Of a DNA stretch of 64,000 nucleotides, positions 10,370 through 18,789 are shown one piece after another; position 1 is the first letter of the stretch; each line of letters starts with the position of its first letter. The notes below the pieces were generated by a model. The model ran no database searches, had not been told where the DNA came from, and was given only the letters and a program-made list of their open reading frames with translations. A program made the position numbers and the translations under genes. The stretch spans positions 544 through 64,543 of the forward strand of contig JAFTUO010000065.1 in the NCBI GenBank assembly GCA_017466215.1. Direction: 5' to 3'. Origin of the DNA: Oscillospiraceae bacterium (lineage in GTDB: Bacteria; Bacillota; Clostridia; Oscillospirales; Oscillospiraceae).

Positions 10370-11592
10370 ACATTTCCCTCCAAAATATCGACGATGGTCT
10401 GCGCTGCAGACGCGGGATCTGAGTTATTGTCAATGGTGTAGTCGGCAAAGCGCTCATACATCGGTTTGCGAATGGCGTACATTTCTTCCAGCTTGGTGGT
10501 CTGAGACAGGGGACGACCATCCACCGGCAGAATCGAAATATCCCGCTGCAGCCAGAACATTGTGCCGTTTTGGTGCAGCAAAGGGAGGTTGCGCGCCTGG
10601 GTAACGCAGCCGCCGCCTGTGGCAAGGATCAGGCCAGATTGTTTGCCCAGCTCAGCCAGCACCTCCGTTTCCAGAGTGCGGAAACCGGCTTCGCCTGTAT
10701 CGGCAAAGATATCGGGGATGCTTCTTCCAGCCTTTTCGACCAGATACGCATCCGCGTCCACAAATGTTTTCCCGGTCATTTCCGCCAGGCGCTTGCCAAC
10801 GGTGGATTTGCCGCTGCCGGGCATACCGACGAGGATGATATTTTCCATCTGATTTTTCAGCTCGCGGTGGATCGCCGTGACAAAATCGTCGGAAATCGCC
10901 TTGCCGGTAAACCACTCGGCACTTTCTTTTGCCTGGGCTACCAGCATTTCAAGGCCGTTGCAGGCAACGATTCCACGGTTTTCCGCATCCAGCAGAAGCT
11001 TCGTGCGGGCAGGATTGTAGATCAGATCCAGAACACCCTCCAGAGCCGGAAATGCAGCAAGGCCTACGGGAGACTGGTCAACATTCAGGTACATTCCCAC
11101 CGGGGTCGCGTTGACGATCACCGCGGCATCGCTGTGTAGCTGGAGATTCCCGTAGTGATTTTCACCGCCGCGGGAGATGACAACCACGTCAGCGCCCTGC
11201 TCCCGAAGAACGGCGACAGCCGTATTGGACGCACCGCCGCTGCCCAGTACCAGAACTTTCCTGCCAGCAACATCCAGGCCGGAAGAACGCAGCATCGTTT
11301 CAAACCCGAAAAAGTCGGAGTTGTGGCCGATGAGCGTACCGTCAGATCTGCGGACAATGGTATTCACCGCGCCCAATTCCTGCGCCCTGGGGGACAATTC
11401 TGCGCAGTAGGGAATGACCGCTTTTTTATAGGGGATCGTAACATTCAGCCCCGTAAAATCACCGTTTTTCAGAAAATCTTCCAGCTCCTGGGGCTGCTTT
11501 TCAAACAAAACATAGCTGTAATCGCCCAAATGGCTGTGGATCTGGGGGGAATAGCTGTGTCCCAGCTTGCCGCCAAGTAAGCCGCACTTCAT
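10366..11592 (-). CDS. aroE: Shikimate dehydrogenase-shikimate kinase fusion (AroE-AroK)
   Basis: HSYSPQIH, NVTIPYK, GAVNT, LGSGG then GMPGSGKST, GEAGFR, ATGGG; start MKCGLL overlaps pheA stop. Confidence 0.92.
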   Translation of the reverse strand: MKCGLLGGKLGHSYSPQIHSHLGDYSYVLFEKQPQELEDFLKNGDFTGLNVTIPYKKAVIPYCAELSPRAQELGAVNTIVRRSDGTLIGHNSDFFGFETMLRSSGLDVAGRKVLVLGSGGASNTAVAVLREQGADVVVISRGGENHYGNLQLHSDAAVIVNATPVGMYLNVDQSPVGLAAFPALEGVLDLIYNPARTKLLLDAENRGIVACNGLEMLVAQAKESAEWFTGKAISDDFVTAIHRELKNQMENIILVGMPGSGKSTVGKRLAEMTGKTFVDADAYLVEKAGRSIPDIFADTGEAGFRTLETEVLAELGKQSGLILATGGGCVTQARNLPLLHQNGTMFWLQRDISILPVDGRPLSQTTKLEEMYAIRKPMYERFADYTIDNNSDPASAAQTIVDILEGNV

Positions 11593-12734
11593 CACACGAC
11601 CTCGCTGTAGCTGCCCAGGTATTTGAACTCCTCGCACAGATCGTCCAGCTCACACATCAGCTGCACGAACTCCTCGGAGTAAATGGAGGTATCCAGATCG
11701 AAATAGAACATAAACTCAAAATCTCTGTCCGGCAGGGGACGGGATTCCAGCTTGGTAACGTTGATGCCCAGGGCGTAAAGCCGTGCCATAACACGGTACA
11801 GGGCACCGGGACGGTGATGCAGCACCATCATAATGCTGGTCTTGTCAGAGCCGGGGTAGATTTCCATATTTTTGCTGATGCAGATAAAGCGGGTGTAGTT
11901 GTTGCCCTTGTCCTGAATGGAGGAGGCCAGGGCCTTCAGACCGTACAGCTCTGCACAGCTGCGGCTGGAGATGGCAGCCACATCGCGGCGGCCGGACTTG
12001 GCAACCATTTCTGCAGCAACGGCGGTATTTTCCATAGGAATGATCTTGATGCCGGTGAGCTTCTGCAGGAACTCGCTGCACTGATTGATGGCCTGCTCGT
12101 GAGAGTAAACCTCGCGGATATCCTCCAGCTTCGTGCCGGGCAGCGCCAGCAGATTGTGGTCGATCTTCAGCCGGAAGCTGCGGATGATAGAGAAGCTGTG
12201 GCGGACCATCAGGTCGTAGACCTTTTTGACAGAGCCAGCGGTGGAGTTTTCAATGGGCAGGATGCCGTACTGGCAAAGGCCCTTTTCGATGGCGTTGAAA
12301 ACACCCTCAAAGTTCTTGAAATACATAATGAAGGGGCTTTTAAAGATCTTCTCGCAGGCGATCTGGGAGTATGCACCCTCTACGCCCTGGCAGGCAACCA
12401 TAGGTGTCTGGGGGAACAGCTGGGGGGTGTTGTTGATTGCCTGGGTGATCTCGTCATAAAGCGGGGAGATGGTGTCGGTGCGCTTGCTCTGGTAGCTGCG
12501 GCTCAGCTCGAAGAGCATCGAATACAGCACGCGAGTGTAGTTGGCCATTTCCGGGCCGGCTTTTTCGGCCACGTCTGCCAGCTTTTCCCGCTCCCGGGCG
12601 GGCACAAAAATGGGCAAATTTTCTGCCTTTTTATAGTCGGCGATCCGGGCGGCCACATCCATACGCTGTGTAAACAGCTGCACCAACTGGTCGTCGATGG
12701 CGTCAATTTCCTTGCGCATATCCTGAATATCCAT
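11592..12734 (-). CDS. pheA: Chorismate mutase/prephenate dehydratase
   Basis: N-terminal CM (RKEIDAID), QGVEGAYS, PIENS, NYTRF, ACT domain with ESRP. Confidence 0.95.
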   Translation of the reverse strand: MDIQDMRKEIDAIDDQLVQLFTQRMDVAARIADYKKAENLPIFVPAREREKLADVAEKAGPEMANYTRVLYSMLFELSRSYQSKRTDTISPLYDEITQAINNTPQLFPQTPMVACQGVEGAYSQIACEKIFKSPFIMYFKNFEGVFNAIEKGLCQYGILPIENSTAGSVKKVYDLMVRHSFSIIRSFRLKIDHNLLALPGTKLEDIREVYSHEQAINQCSEFLQKLTGIKIIPMENTAVAAEMVAKSGRRDVAAISSRSCAELYGLKALASSIQDKGNNYTRFICISKNMEIYPGSDKTSIMMVLHHRPGALYRVMARLYALGINVTKLESRPLPDRDFEFMFYFDLDTSIYSEEFVQLMCELDDLCEEFKYLGSYSEVV

Positions 12735-12736
12735 AG

Positions 12737-13819
12737 TTATTTCCTCCTGCTGGTCTGGGTGTTGCCCAGGATCATATCAAATACAGCGATGGCTGCCGCG
12801 GCTTCCACCACGGGGACGGCTCTGGGCACGATGCAAGGATCGTGGCGGCCTTTCACCTGAAGCTCGGTCTGCTCCATCCGGGACAGAGAAACGGTCTTCT
12901 GAAGCTTTGCAATGGACGGTGTAGGCTTGATCGAGACATTAAACAGCACCGGCATACCGGTGGTGATGCCGCCTAAAACACCGCCACAGTGGTTGGTTGC
13001 GGTTACGATCTTTCCGTCTTCAACAGTAAAAGAGTCGTTGTACTCGCTGCCACAGCAGCTTGCTGCATCAATGCCAAAGCCCACGTTCTTGACCGCCGGA
13101 ATTCCATACACGATCTGGGCAATACGGCTTTCCACGCCTCCGAACATCGGCTCGCCCAAGCCTGCGGGCAGGCCGGAGATGGCACATTGGATCATACCGC
13201 CGACGCTGTCGCCCTCGCTTCTGACGCCCGCGATAACGGACTGGAAACGTTCAGCAGAATCGGCATCCAGGGTGGGGAAGAACTGGCCTACCTGATCCAG
13301 CTGGGGCTGCAGGGGGTCAAAGCCCTCGGCAGCTTCTGTGCCGATGCGGACGATATGCGCGCCAATGCGGATGCCCATTTCTTCCAGCCATTGCTTGCAC
13401 ATTCCGCCGGCGATGCACAGCGGCGCAGTCAGCCGGCCGGAGAAATGACCGCCGCCGGCGCAGTCCTGAAAGCCGCCGTACTTGATCTGGGCGGTATAGT
13501 CTGCGTGGCCCTGACGGGGACAGTCCTTCAGATTTTCATAATCGCCGGAGCGGGTATTATTGTTGCGGATCACCGCGGCGATGGGTGCGCCGCAGGTGCA
13601 GCCATCCACGATTCCGGCCAAAATTTCCGGTTTGTCGGCCTCCTTGCGGGGGGTGGACCAGCTGTTCTGGCCCGGGGCACGGCGGTCAAGGAATGCCTGC
13701 AGAGCATCCAGATCGACACTCAGTCCGGCGGGAATCCCGTCCAACGTCATACCGATGCCAGCGCCGTGGGATTGGCCGAAAATGGATAATTTCAAATTTT
13801 CACCGTAGGTACTGCTCAT
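12737..13819 (-). CDS. aroC: Chorismate synthase
   Basis: GQSHG, GHAD, GGGHFSGRLT, KPTPSI, GRHDPCIVPRA; start MSSTYG after AGGAGG. Confidence 0.95.
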   Translation of the reverse strand: MSSTYGENLKLSIFGQSHGAGIGMTLDGIPAGLSVDLDALQAFLDRRAPGQNSWSTPRKEADKPEILAGIVDGCTCGAPIAAVIRNNNTRSGDYENLKDCPRQGHADYTAQIKYGGFQDCAGGGHFSGRLTAPLCIAGGMCKQWLEEMGIRIGAHIVRIGTEAAEGFDPLQPQLDQVGQFFPTLDADSAERFQSVIAGVRSEGDSVGGMIQCAISGLPAGLGEPMFGGVESRIAQIVYGIPAVKNVGFGIDAASCCGSEYNDSFTVEDGKIVTATNHCGGVLGGITTGMPVLFNVSIKPTPSIAKLQKTVSLSRMEQTELQVKGRHDPCIVPRAVPVVEAAAAIAVFDMILGNTQTSRRK

Positions 13820-14970
13820 ATTTTTCCTCCTAAACGGCGGTATTCGTCCCAAAATTGGGGGTAGGATTTATTTACGGCTTCCGCGCCGAGGATCGTAACC
13901 GGCTCGGTGCAAACGGTTGCGGCGATGGCAGCAGCCATTGCAATGCGGTGGTCGTTACAGCTGTCAACGATTCCGCCCCGCGGGGAAATTCCCCGGACGT
14001 ATAAGGCATCGTCGTCCGCAAAAGCTTCACCGCCCAGCGCGTTGATCATCGCGATGACAGATGCCACCCGGTCAGATTCTTTCAGCCGCAGGCGGCGAAT
14101 GTCGGTAAAGATCGCGCCCCGGTTTGCGGCAGCGGCTACCGACAAAATGGGAACAAGATCGGGAATGTCAGCAACGCTGATCGTGGCCGATCCACTTTTC
14201 AATATGCAGAGGATCTCAGAAACAAGCCGATCACCTTGCGCAGAATCTGCATCCAGGCCAAGCACATCCAGATCGCTTCCAAGCGTCTTGGCGGCCAGGA
14301 AGAATGCGCCGTTGCTCCAATCGCCCTCTACGGTAACCGTGCCGGGGGATTTGAAATGGGGGGCCTGGAACAAGGCCAGGGCTTTACGGGTCATTTCGAT
14401 GTAAGGGCGGGACTCCACCTTGCCGGTGATCGTAAGCTCCGTTTCTCCGTCGATCAGAGCCTGCGCAAACATAAGGCCGGTAATGAACTGGCTGGAAACA
14501 CTGCCGTCGATGCTGTATTTTCCCGGTTTCAATTTACCGCAGCAGCGGATGGTGTTTTCCGTGGGCCGGGTAAGGGTGCAGCCCATCCGCTCCAGTTCCT
14601 CCCAAAGAGGGCTCAAGGGGCGCTGGGGCAGGCGTCCTGCCAGCTGAAATGTAGCGTCTACGCCCAATGCACCAACGATGGGCAGCATAAACCGCAGGGT
14701 CGAGCCGCTTTCACAGCAGTTAAGGATGGCGGTCTCGGCAACCGACCGGATGGGCTCTACTGTGTAGCCCGCAGCGGTGTGTTCGATTTTTGCGCCCAAT
14801 GCGCACAGACAGTCGGCGGTGGCCTCAATATCCCGGTTTGTCTGGGGACAAATTAGCTCGGTTTTCCGGTCCGCAAAGGCGGCGCAGATCAAAAGCCGGT
14901 GGGCCTGGGATTTGGAGGGGATCGCCGTTACTTCGCCTTGCAAAATGGAAGGCTGAATCGTAATGTCCAT
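13816..14970 (-). CDS. aroA: EPSP synthase
   Basis: PSKSQAHR, ESGSTLRF, SSQF, LRLKESDR, NDHRIAM, KSYP. Confidence 0.95.
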   Translation of the reverse strand: MDITIQPSILQGEVTAIPSKSQAHRLLICAAFADRKTELICPQTNRDIEATADCLCALGAKIEHTAAGYTVEPIRSVAETAILNCCESGSTLRFMLPIVGALGVDATFQLAGRLPQRPLSPLWEELERMGCTLTRPTENTIRCCGKLKPGKYSIDGSVSSQFITGLMFAQALIDGETELTITGKVESRPYIEMTRKALALFQAPHFKSPGTVTVEGDWSNGAFFLAAKTLGSDLDVLGLDADSAQGDRLVSEILCILKSGSATISVADIPDLVPILSVAAAANRGAIFTDIRRLRLKESDRVASVIAMINALGGEAFADDDALYVRGISPRGGIVDSCNDHRIAMAAAIAATVCTEPVTILGAEAVNKSYPQFWDEYRRLGGKI

Positions 14971-14971
14971 A

Positions 14972-16024
14972 TCAAAGACCTGCTTCAATAAAATCTTTTA
15001 ACGCTTCAATAGGGGTGGGGCGCAGGATACACTTGCCGATTTCCTGGGGAACGACCAGCGTAACACTGCCGCCAAGACGTTTTTTGTCGGATAGCGCGCT
15101 TTCATACAGCTCCTGCGCGGTATGCTTTGTTGCGCTGGGAAGCTCGAATTTTGCAAGGATCGAAAGGATCTTTGCCTGCGTATCGCAGCTGCAGATGCCG
15201 TATTTTGCCGCAGCGCCGGCGACAATGGCCATACCGATGGCGACGGCTTTGCCGTGGGACAGGGTGAAATTGCTGTTCGCTTCCACAGCGTGGCCGATGG
15301 TGTGGCCCAGATTCAACTTCTGACGCTGCCCGGTGTCGAATTCATCCTGAGCAACAACATCCCGCTTCAACTCCACGCAGCGGGCGATGACGCTTTCCCG
15401 GTCAAAATCCAGACCGTCGCGCATCAAAGTGGAGAAAAGGGATGCGTCATACAAAATGCTGTACTTGATGATCTCTGAACAGCCGTCCCGGAAAATATCT
15501 TCCGGCAGAGAGCTCAGCAGGTCAGTGTCGCACAGCACCAGCCGGGGCTGGTAGAATGCGCCGGCCAGGTTTTTTCCGGCCTGCAGGTCAATGGCGGTCT
15601 TTCCGCCAACAGAGGAATCCACTGCTGCCAGCACGGTGGTGGGGACTTGAATATAGGCGATGCCCCGCAGGAACGTGGCGGCGACAAAGCCGGAAATATC
15701 GCCCACAACACCGCCGCCCAGGGCCACGATGCTGTCAGAGCGGGTGATATGATTTATGGCAAGAAAATTCAGGATCGACAGATAATTAGCGCCGCTTTTG
15801 TGAGCTTCTCCGGCGGGGAAGATGTAGTGAACCGTCTTGTAGCCGGCGCTTTCCAGGGCGGCAACAGCGGCCTCACCGTAAAGCGGCCAGACGTTGCTGT
15901 CGCTGATGATAGCTGCAGTGCCAATCTTGCTCACCTTTGCAAGCTCCGCACCGAGGGTGGACAGAAGTCCGCTGCCGATCTTGACATCGTATTCTTTTGA
16001 AGCGGTAACGTGGATGATCTTCAT
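14972..16024 (-). CDS. aroB: 3-dehydroquinate synthase
   Basis: GGGVVGD, PTT, DSSVGGKT, KNLAGAFYQP, LNLGHT. Confidence 0.96.
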   Translation of the reverse strand: MKIIHVTASKEYDVKIGSGLLSTLGAELAKVSKIGTAAIISDSNVWPLYGEAAVAALESAGYKTVHYIFPAGEAHKSGANYLSILNFLAINHITRSDSIVALGGGVVGDISGFVAATFLRGIAYIQVPTTVLAAVDSSVGGKTAIDLQAGKNLAGAFYQPRLVLCDTDLLSSLPEDIFRDGCSEIIKYSILYDASLFSTLMRDGLDFDRESVIARCVELKRDVVAQDEFDTGQRQKLNLGHTIGHAVEANSNFTLSHGKAVAIGMAIVAGAAAKYGICSCDTQAKILSILAKFELPSATKHTAQELYESALSDKKRLGGSVTLVVPQEIGKCILRPTPIEALKDFIEAGL

Positions 16025-16851
16025 CCGTCTACCTCCTCCTTGCGCAGTTTTCCTTCCTCCAGAAGGGAAGTAAGTGTCTGCAGGTCTTCTTCCTGCAGGG
16101 CTTTGTGATAAGCTTTCAGACTTTCAATATAGGTATCCAGCTCAAAGAGCATATTTTCCCGGTTATTCATACAAAGCTCTGCCCACATCTTGGCGTTCAG
16201 CCAGGCGACCCGAGTCAGATCCTTGTAGCTGCCGGCGGAGAAGCCCTTGTGCTTTTGCGCTGTGGGGGACTTGATGTAGGCATTGCTTAAGATGTGGGGC
16301 ATCTGGGAGGTGAAGGCGATGAGCCGGTCATGCTCCTGTGCGGTACAGACCGAGAAGAAGCCAAAATGGCAGGGTGCAAGCGCCGTTTTTACCCGATCCA
16401 GCAGCTGCATATCGTCAAAATCCCGGGGGACAAGTACCATAGGTGCACCGTCAAAAAGATCGGCGCGGCTGTACTTGAAGCCGGAAAACTGAGAGCCGGC
16501 CATCGGGTGTCCGCCGACAAATGTAAAGCCGTAGGTTTCTGCTAACGGGAAGCAGCGACGGCAAATTTCCTCTTTGATGCCGCAGCAGTCCATAACCAGC
16601 GCGTCTTTGGAAATATAGGCGGCGTTGCTTTCCAGCCAGCTGGCAGAGCCGTCGGGGTAAATGGCCAGCAGGATCAGATCGCATTTTTGGATCGTGGCTT
16701 CCTCCAGCTTGCCGTGGACAGCGCCGGCCAGCATAGAAAAGGAGAGCATACTCTCGTCTTTTTCAGCGGCGTAGACCGTGTGTCCGGCTAAGGCAAAGGC
16801 TCGGGCAAAGCTGCCGCCGATGAGACCCAGTCCTAAAATACCGACGGTCAT
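16021..16851 (-). CDS. tyrA: Prephenate dehydrogenase
   Basis: GLGLIGGS, GGHPMAG, HD...A.TS..PH, DLTRVA. Confidence 0.93.
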   Translation of the reverse strand: MTVGILGLGLIGGSFARAFALAGHTVYAAEKDESMLSFSMLAGAVHGKLEEATIQKCDLILLAIYPDGSASWLESNAAYISKDALVMDCCGIKEEICRRCFPLAETYGFTFVGGHPMAGSQFSGFKYSRADLFDGAPMVLVPRDFDDMQLLDRVKTALAPCHFGFFSVCTAQEHDRLIAFTSQMPHILSNAYIKSPTAQKHKGFSAGSYKDLTRVAWLNAKMWAELCMNNRENMLFELDTYIESLKAYHKALQEEDLQTLTSLLEEGKLRKEEVDG

Positions 16852-17849
16852 ACGATGGCCTCCCGGATAAGATTCACTTTCTTATTCAGCTGGGCAAACT
16901 GGGCGGGGGTCAGGGACTGAGCGCCGTCGCACAATGCCCGGGCGGGATCATTGTGGACTTCCACCATAATGCCGTCAGCACCCGAAGCCGCAGCAGCAAC
17001 AGCCATCGGCGGCACCAGCTTGGATTTGCCGGTGGCGTGGCTGGGATCGACGACGACAGGCAGGTGGGTCAGCTCGTGAAGCACCGGCACAGCGGAAAGA
17101 TCCAGGGTGTTTCTTGTATAGGTCTCGAAAGAGCGGATACCGCGCTCGCACAAAATGACGTTTTCGTTGCCTTCGCTCATAATGTACTCTGCGCTCATTA
17201 ACAGCTCCTGCAGGGTATTCGCAAGACCGCGCTTGAGAAGAATAGGCTTGTCGGTCTTACCCAGCTCCTGCAAAAGGTCAAAATTCTGCATATTTCTCGC
17301 ACCGACCTGAATGATGTCCACGTCGGCAAACAGATCCAGGGCGCGGATATTCATAATCTCCGTGATAATGGGAAGACCGGTGGCCTCCTTGGCCTTCAGC
17401 AGAAGGCGGATGCCCTCATCCTTCATACCCTGGAATGCGTAGGGGGAGGTACGGGGCTTGAATGCGCCGCCGCGCAGCACATCTGCACCGGCTGCCTTGA
17501 CAGCGGCGGCGACCTCAATGATCTGCGCCTCTGATTCCACGCTGCAAGGGCCGGCGATCATCGCAAAATGACCACCGCCGATTTTGACATTGCCTACCTC
17601 GATCACGGTGTCTTCGGGGTGGAATTTGCGGTTTGCCTGCTTGAAGGGCTCAGAAACACGCTTGATGGTGTCCACGATCTCCAGGCTGCCCAGAAGATCT
17701 ATATCGACACGGCTGGTGTCGCCGATCAGACCCAAAATGGTAATATCCTGGCCCTGGGAGATATGCACATCCAGATTCATACTGCGCAGCCAGGCAACCA
17801 GATGGTCTGTCTGTTGCTGGGTCGTGCCGTGTTTCAATACTGCGATCAT
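16848..17849 (-). CDS. aroF: DAHP synthase (type I-beta with N-terminal regulatory domain)
   Basis: [38 protein letters not shown]; RBS AGGAG. Confidence 0.95.
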   Translation of the reverse strand: MIAVLKHGTTQQQTDHLVAWLRSMNLDVHISQGQDITILGLIGDTSRVDIDLLGSLEIVDTIKRVSEPFKQANRKFHPEDTVIEVGNVKIGGGHFAMIAGPCSVESEAQIIEVAAAVKAAGADVLRGGAFKPRTSPYAFQGMKDEGIRLLLKAKEATGLPIITEIMNIRALDLFADVDIIQVGARNMQNFDLLQELGKTDKPILLKRGLANTLQELLMSAEYIMSEGNENVILCERGIRSFETYTRNTLDLSAVPVLHELTHLPVVVDPSHATGKSKLVPPMAVAAAASGADGIMVEVHNDPARALCDGAQSLTPAQFAQLNKKVNLIREAIV

Positions 17850-17864
17850 AAATACCAACTCCTA

Positions 17865-17990
17865 ATAAAATGAAATGCCGCACAGAAGCGATTCTGTGCG
17901 GCTGTTGCCAATACTCTCAAAAGTTTCCGGAAAAACTGTGCAGCACAAATCGCTATTACTTTTTGTCGGTAAAAAAGTAATAGTTGCTAA
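17865..17990 (-). promoter_or_regulatory. Transcription attenuator (terminator/antiterminator/anti-antiterminator) of the aro operon
   Basis: 11-bp terminator stem 17877-17902 followed by ATTTCATTTT; segment 17943-17953 complementary to its 5' arm and loop; hairpin over the Tyr/Phe codons and stop codon. Confidence 0.8.
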
Positions 17991-18024
17991 AGTAAAACTG
18001 TGCAGCAAAGTTGTGAGCGATCAT
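17956..18024 (-). CDS. Phe/Tyr-rich leader peptide MIAHNFAAQFYFSNYYFFTDKK (22 aa)
   Basis: GGAGG RBS 8 nt upstream of ATG; 5 Phe + 3 Tyr; sits between promoter and terminator ahead of aroF. Confidence 0.85.
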   Translation of the reverse strand: MIAHNFAAQFYFSNYYFFTDKK

Positions 18025-18057
18025 CAAAAATGCCTCCAAACCGGTAGCTATGTGAGC

Positions 18058-18086
18058 ATTATATCACGCTGCTATGGAGATTGCAA
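18058..18086 (-). promoter_or_regulatory. SigA-type promoter of aro operon leader
   Basis: Minus strand TTGCAA-N17-TATAAT with TG extension. Confidence 0.75.
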
Positions 18087-18126
18087 GCAAAAATCCACCC
18101 TTTTTTGGCAGAAAAATGCAAAAATC

Positions 18127-18678
18127 TTACGCAAGGAGCATACATAGGACCAAACTGGTTACCAGCACGCAGTAACGGGAATCCCGACGGATGTCTGCAG
18201 GGGCAGTGATGTACTCTTTGTGATGTGCCCGGATCGTCTCCATAACCGTGCCGGAAGTACAGGTCCTGGCAGGTCCATACTGCGCAAGATACGACAGGAA
18301 ATAGGTCTGCAGCTGATCTTCGTACTGCCGGTGATCCTGAAGCCGGGCAGGGAAGTGATCGTTGTGGGGCGATGTGAATGCATCCACTGTGTAGTGGATC
18401 AGCTTGCCCAAAGCGTAATAATCCAAAAGATGAAATTTGCGCCGCCGCTCCAGACGGCGAGACAGCCGCGCCATATATCGGCTGGCGTTGCTCCAGTTGT
18501 GTCCCCGCAGCCATTTGCCGCGGACAGAGCCCTTGAGGTAAGTGGTTGGATTCATATCCGGCTGGGTGCAGCCCAGCAAAAATGCAAAGCTGTAGCGCCG
18601 GGGTACAATTTGCAGATAGTTCCGGGCAAGATATTGGCCCAGAGATTTATGACTTGCTCGTTTGATGTGCGATTGCAC
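18127..18678 (-). CDS. Zinc-dependent phospholipase C family protein
   Basis: SH, GC.QPD, GH, LG..IHY..DAFT.PHN, H..YE Zn-ligand pattern; GTG start after AGGAAGG (start uncertain). Confidence 0.7.
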   Translation of the reverse strand: MQSHIKRASHKSLGQYLARNYLQIVPRRYSFAFLLGCTQPDMNPTTYLKGSVRGKWLRGHNWSNASRYMARLSRRLERRRKFHLLDYYALGKLIHYTVDAFTSPHNDHFPARLQDHRQYEDQLQTYFLSYLAQYGPARTCTSGTVMETIRAHHKEYITAPADIRRDSRYCVLVTSLVLCMLLA

Positions 18679-18753
18679 CGCCTTCCTGATGTATTCTGTT
18701 TCGCTGGAATTATACCATAGGGTCGGCGGAAAATCAGCCGGAAAATGTTGTAA

Positions 18754-18786
18754 AAAATGCCGCCCGCGAGATGCGGACGGCATTTT
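18754..18786 (-). terminator. Intrinsic terminator after kinase gene
   Basis: aaaatgccgcccgc...gcggacggcatttt hairpin with T run on minus strand. Confidence 0.7.
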
Positions 18787-18789
18787 AAG

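Noticed and set aside
17875-18050. T-box upstream of aro operon
   Set aside because: No GGTGGNACC T-box motif or stem I boxes; leader-peptide attenuator fits instead.
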